Source: an uncultured Chloroflexia bacterium (GTDB lineage: Bacteria; Chloroflexota; Anaerolineae; JAAYZQ01). Taken from it: a stretch of 64,000 nt of DNA. Under the pieces are notes generated by a model, which saw only the letters and a list, made by a program, of their open reading frames with translations, had not been told where the DNA came from and searched no databases. This document shows, one piece after another, positions 61,845 through 64,000 of this stretch. The stretch is taken from the NCBI GenBank assembly GCA_963700285.1, contig CAVOXA010000015.1, positions 96,001 through 160,000 of the forward strand, read 5' to 3'. The stretch's first letter is position 1. Each line of letters starts with the position of its first letter. The position numbers and the translations under genes are program-made.

Positions 61845-63278
61845 ATGACACAACCATTGGCCATTGGAACAGTACTGAAAAACCATTACCGCATTGTCCG
61901 CCTGGTTGGAGGAGGCGGAATGGCCTGGGTCTACCAGGTGGAGGAGCTGCCGCCCGCCAGTGGCAATCTCTGGGCCCTCAAAGAACTGCGCCCCCAGACC
62001 CAGGATAGGGAGGAGCGGGCCACTGCCCGCAAGCTCTTTGAACAGGAATCTTTGTTGCTCCGCGATCTGGACCACGTGAACATCCCCCAGATCGCCGGCT
62101 TTTTCGAGGAGAACGGCCGGGCATGCCTGGTGATGGAGTTCATATGGGGCGAATCGCTGGAGAAACGGTTGGAAGCTGCCAACGCGCCCTTGTTGGAGAC
62201 CGACGTGCTCAAGTGGGCTGTCCAGCTCTGCGAAGCATTGGACTATCTTCATGCCCGCCAACCGCCTGTCATCTTCCGTGACATGAAGCCCAGCAATGTA
62301 ATGGTGACCAATACCGGACTGGTCAAACTGATTGACTTTGGTATCGCGCGTACCTACAAGGTGGGGAAAAAGCGGGATACGGTAGCTATGGGCTCTGAGA
62401 ACTATGCAGCGCCAGAGCAATGGGGCAAAGGCCAGACCGACGCCCGGTCCGATATCTATGCTCTGGGTGCTACGATGTATCACCTGCTGGCCAATATGGC
62501 CCCAACGCCGGCCTTTCTGCCATCTGAACCGCTGCCCCTGCGCAACTATAACGGTGCGCTCTCGGCAAAGACTGTGACACTCGTTGAGAAGGCCATGGAC
62601 CGCGAGCGGAGCAAACGTTTTCAGTCGGCTGTAGAAATGCGCAAGGCGCTCATCGACGCCCTTCCGGGACCGTATGTTGCACCAGTGGTCCCCGCCGTCC
62701 ACCATCCTGTGTCCAAGGCGGCAACAGGTACCGGTCAGGGCCCGGCCAGGGCCACTGGCGCTTCCACTACCTCGGGTTCTACAGGGGCCGGGGCATCCGT
62801 TCAGCCCCCGGTGCAACGCGAGCCCCAACCGGCGCTCAGGCCAGCGCACCGGCCAGCGCCTCCGCCAGCCAAGGCTTGTCCAGCCTGCGCGCGGGCCAAC
62901 AGGCAGAACGCTCGGTTTTGCGTTGGCTGCGGTCATTCCTTTGTGCCCCTTGGGCCAGCCGTGTTGCGCGTCGTCGAGCCAGTGCGGGCTGCCTGGGAGA
63001 TGCCTGTGGCTCACAGCCCGACGCTGCTGGGCCGTGCCAGTGAGGCCGAGGGCTACCGGCCAGACTTTGACATGACGTTCTATGATGAAGGCGACTATGT
63101 CTCTCGCCGCCACGCGCGGATCACCAAAGGCCGTGTGGGCTATTTTGTCACCGATCTCGGCAGCAGCAACGGTACTATGGTCAATGGGCAGCCATTGGCG
63201 CCCAACCGCGCCCGCTTGTTGCGCAATGGTGACCGGCTCAAAGTCGGTTTGGTCGTTATCCAGTTTCGGTTGGGATAG
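61845..63278 (+). CDS. Ser/Thr protein kinase with a Pro-rich linker, zinc ribbon and FHA domain
   Basis: GGGGM, ALKE, FRDMKPSN, DFG, APE; CPAC..FCVGCG; GR...SRRHA..DLGSSNGT FHA. Confidence 0.92.
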   Translation: MTQPLAIGTVLKNHYRIVRLVGGGGMAWVYQVEELPPASGNLWALKELRPQTQDREERATARKLFEQESLLLRDLDHVNIPQIAGFFEENGRACLVMEFIWGESLEKRLEAANAPLLETDVLKWAVQLCEALDYLHARQPPVIFRDMKPSNVMVTNTGLVKLIDFGIARTYKVGKKRDTVAMGSENYAAPEQWGKGQTDARSDIYALGATMYHLLANMAPTPAFLPSEPLPLRNYNGALSAKTVTLVEKAMDRERSKRFQSAVEMRKALIDALPGPYVAPVVPAVHHPVSKAATGTGQGPARATGASTTSGSTGAGASVQPPVQREPQPALRPAHRPAPPPAKACPACARANRQNARFCVGCGHSFVPLGPAVLRVVEPVRAAWEMPVAHSPTLLGRASEAEGYRPDFDMTFYDEGDYVSRRHARITKGRVGYFVTDLGSSNGTMVNGQPLAPNRARLLRNGDRLKVGLVVIQFRLG

Positions 63279-63352
63279 AGTTCCCAGCCAGGTCTGCGGA
63301 AGCTTCATGATCTGTCCAAAAGACCCCGACGAGAGTCGATAGGAGGTAGGTA

Positions 63353-64000
63353 ATGAACTGTTCCGCATGTGGAACGGACAATCGAGATGGGGCCAATTTC
63401 TGCCGGATGTGCGGTAAGCAGATTTCCGAACATCTCCAGGATCAGGTCACAATTACAGGCGGAGACGAGGCTGGGGCCAAGGACGGTCCTGCCCCCGGCC
63501 AAGATCTGAAACTTGAGGCAGATCTAGCAACGTCAGTATCCGTAGATGAACTGCCTGTAATCGAATTGCCAGAAATGCTTCCAAAGGACTTGTACGCGGA
63601 ACTGCAGGAAGGAGTGGATGGAGAACCAGAAATACCGTCCGGGGTGCAGGCGGAGGATGTGTCCCTGGGTGGAGAACCCGTGCTCGAGGCGGAGGCTGCG
63701 AAGGAACCATCTGAGGGATCGGGAGTGGAAACCGAGATAGTAGAGGGCGAGTTCGATCAAACTGTGCCTGAAACCCACCTGGCAGTAGAACCACCTGAGG
63801 CTGGAGGGTTTGGGTCTGCCATACCGGCCGACTCTTCTGGTCCTGCAGTCCCTACTGAAGTCGGGGGAAGCGACGTTGAGGCGAGTATGGCGCAAGAAAC
63901 AGAGGCCCCGCCTGGAGAACCAGTAGCTCAGACAACTAGACCAGAAGCTCAGCCGGTAGAGGGCGCTGGTGAGGCCGAAGACGGGACAGTCATCCCTGAG
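63353..64000 (+). CDS. Zinc-ribbon protein with a long acidic linker; runs off the window
   Basis: AGGAGG RBS, then MNCSACGTDNRDGANFCRMCG followed by an open Glu/Pro-rich frame. Confidence 0.7.
   Translation, partial: MNCSACGTDNRDGANFCRMCGKQISEHLQDQVTITGGDEAGAKDGPAPGQDLKLEADLATSVSVDELPVIELPEMLPKDLYAELQEGVDGEPEIPSGVQAEDVSLGGEPVLEAEAAKEPSEGSGVETEIVEGEFDQTVPETHLAVEPPEAGGFGSAIPADSSGPAVPTEVGGSDVEASMAQETEAPPGEPVAQTTRPEAQPVEGAGEAEDGTVIPE

Overview
GC-rich bacterial chromosomal segment. Gene style suggests Chloroflexota, probably Anaerolineae-like (inference from secreted proteins with an F-L-P-L/M-V/I motif, a T-box, a glmS ribozyme and a Ser/Thr kinase-FHA locus). Housekeeping loci: rpsO-pnp-lepB, glmS ribozyme-glmS-murJ, T-box-thrS, araB-araD, infC (ATT start)-rpmI-rplT, an EF-G paralog, ppk2 and rodZ. 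These alternate with accessory patches: two IS elements at CTAG sites, several gene remnants and an inactivated MazF/PemK toxin. Several genes carry single-base frameshifts that look like assembly errors. Most notable signals not shown by the ORF track: (1) a hidden thioredoxin-like ORF with an in-frame TGA (C-x4-U) and a SECIS-like hairpin, downstream of a CsoR-type operator and next to an ECF sigma/zinc anti-sigma/disulfide oxidoreductase module that shares a putative ECF promoter motif; (2) a structured terminator/antiterminator leader before a lysine-ketoglutarate reductase / saccharopine dehydrogenase / ornithine aminotransferase operon; (3) a glmS ribozyme with a ~67-nt core insertion whose apparent promoter is separated from it by an IS; (4) FGE-sulfatase tails resembling DGR variable regions. 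All calls were made by eye, with no database searches.
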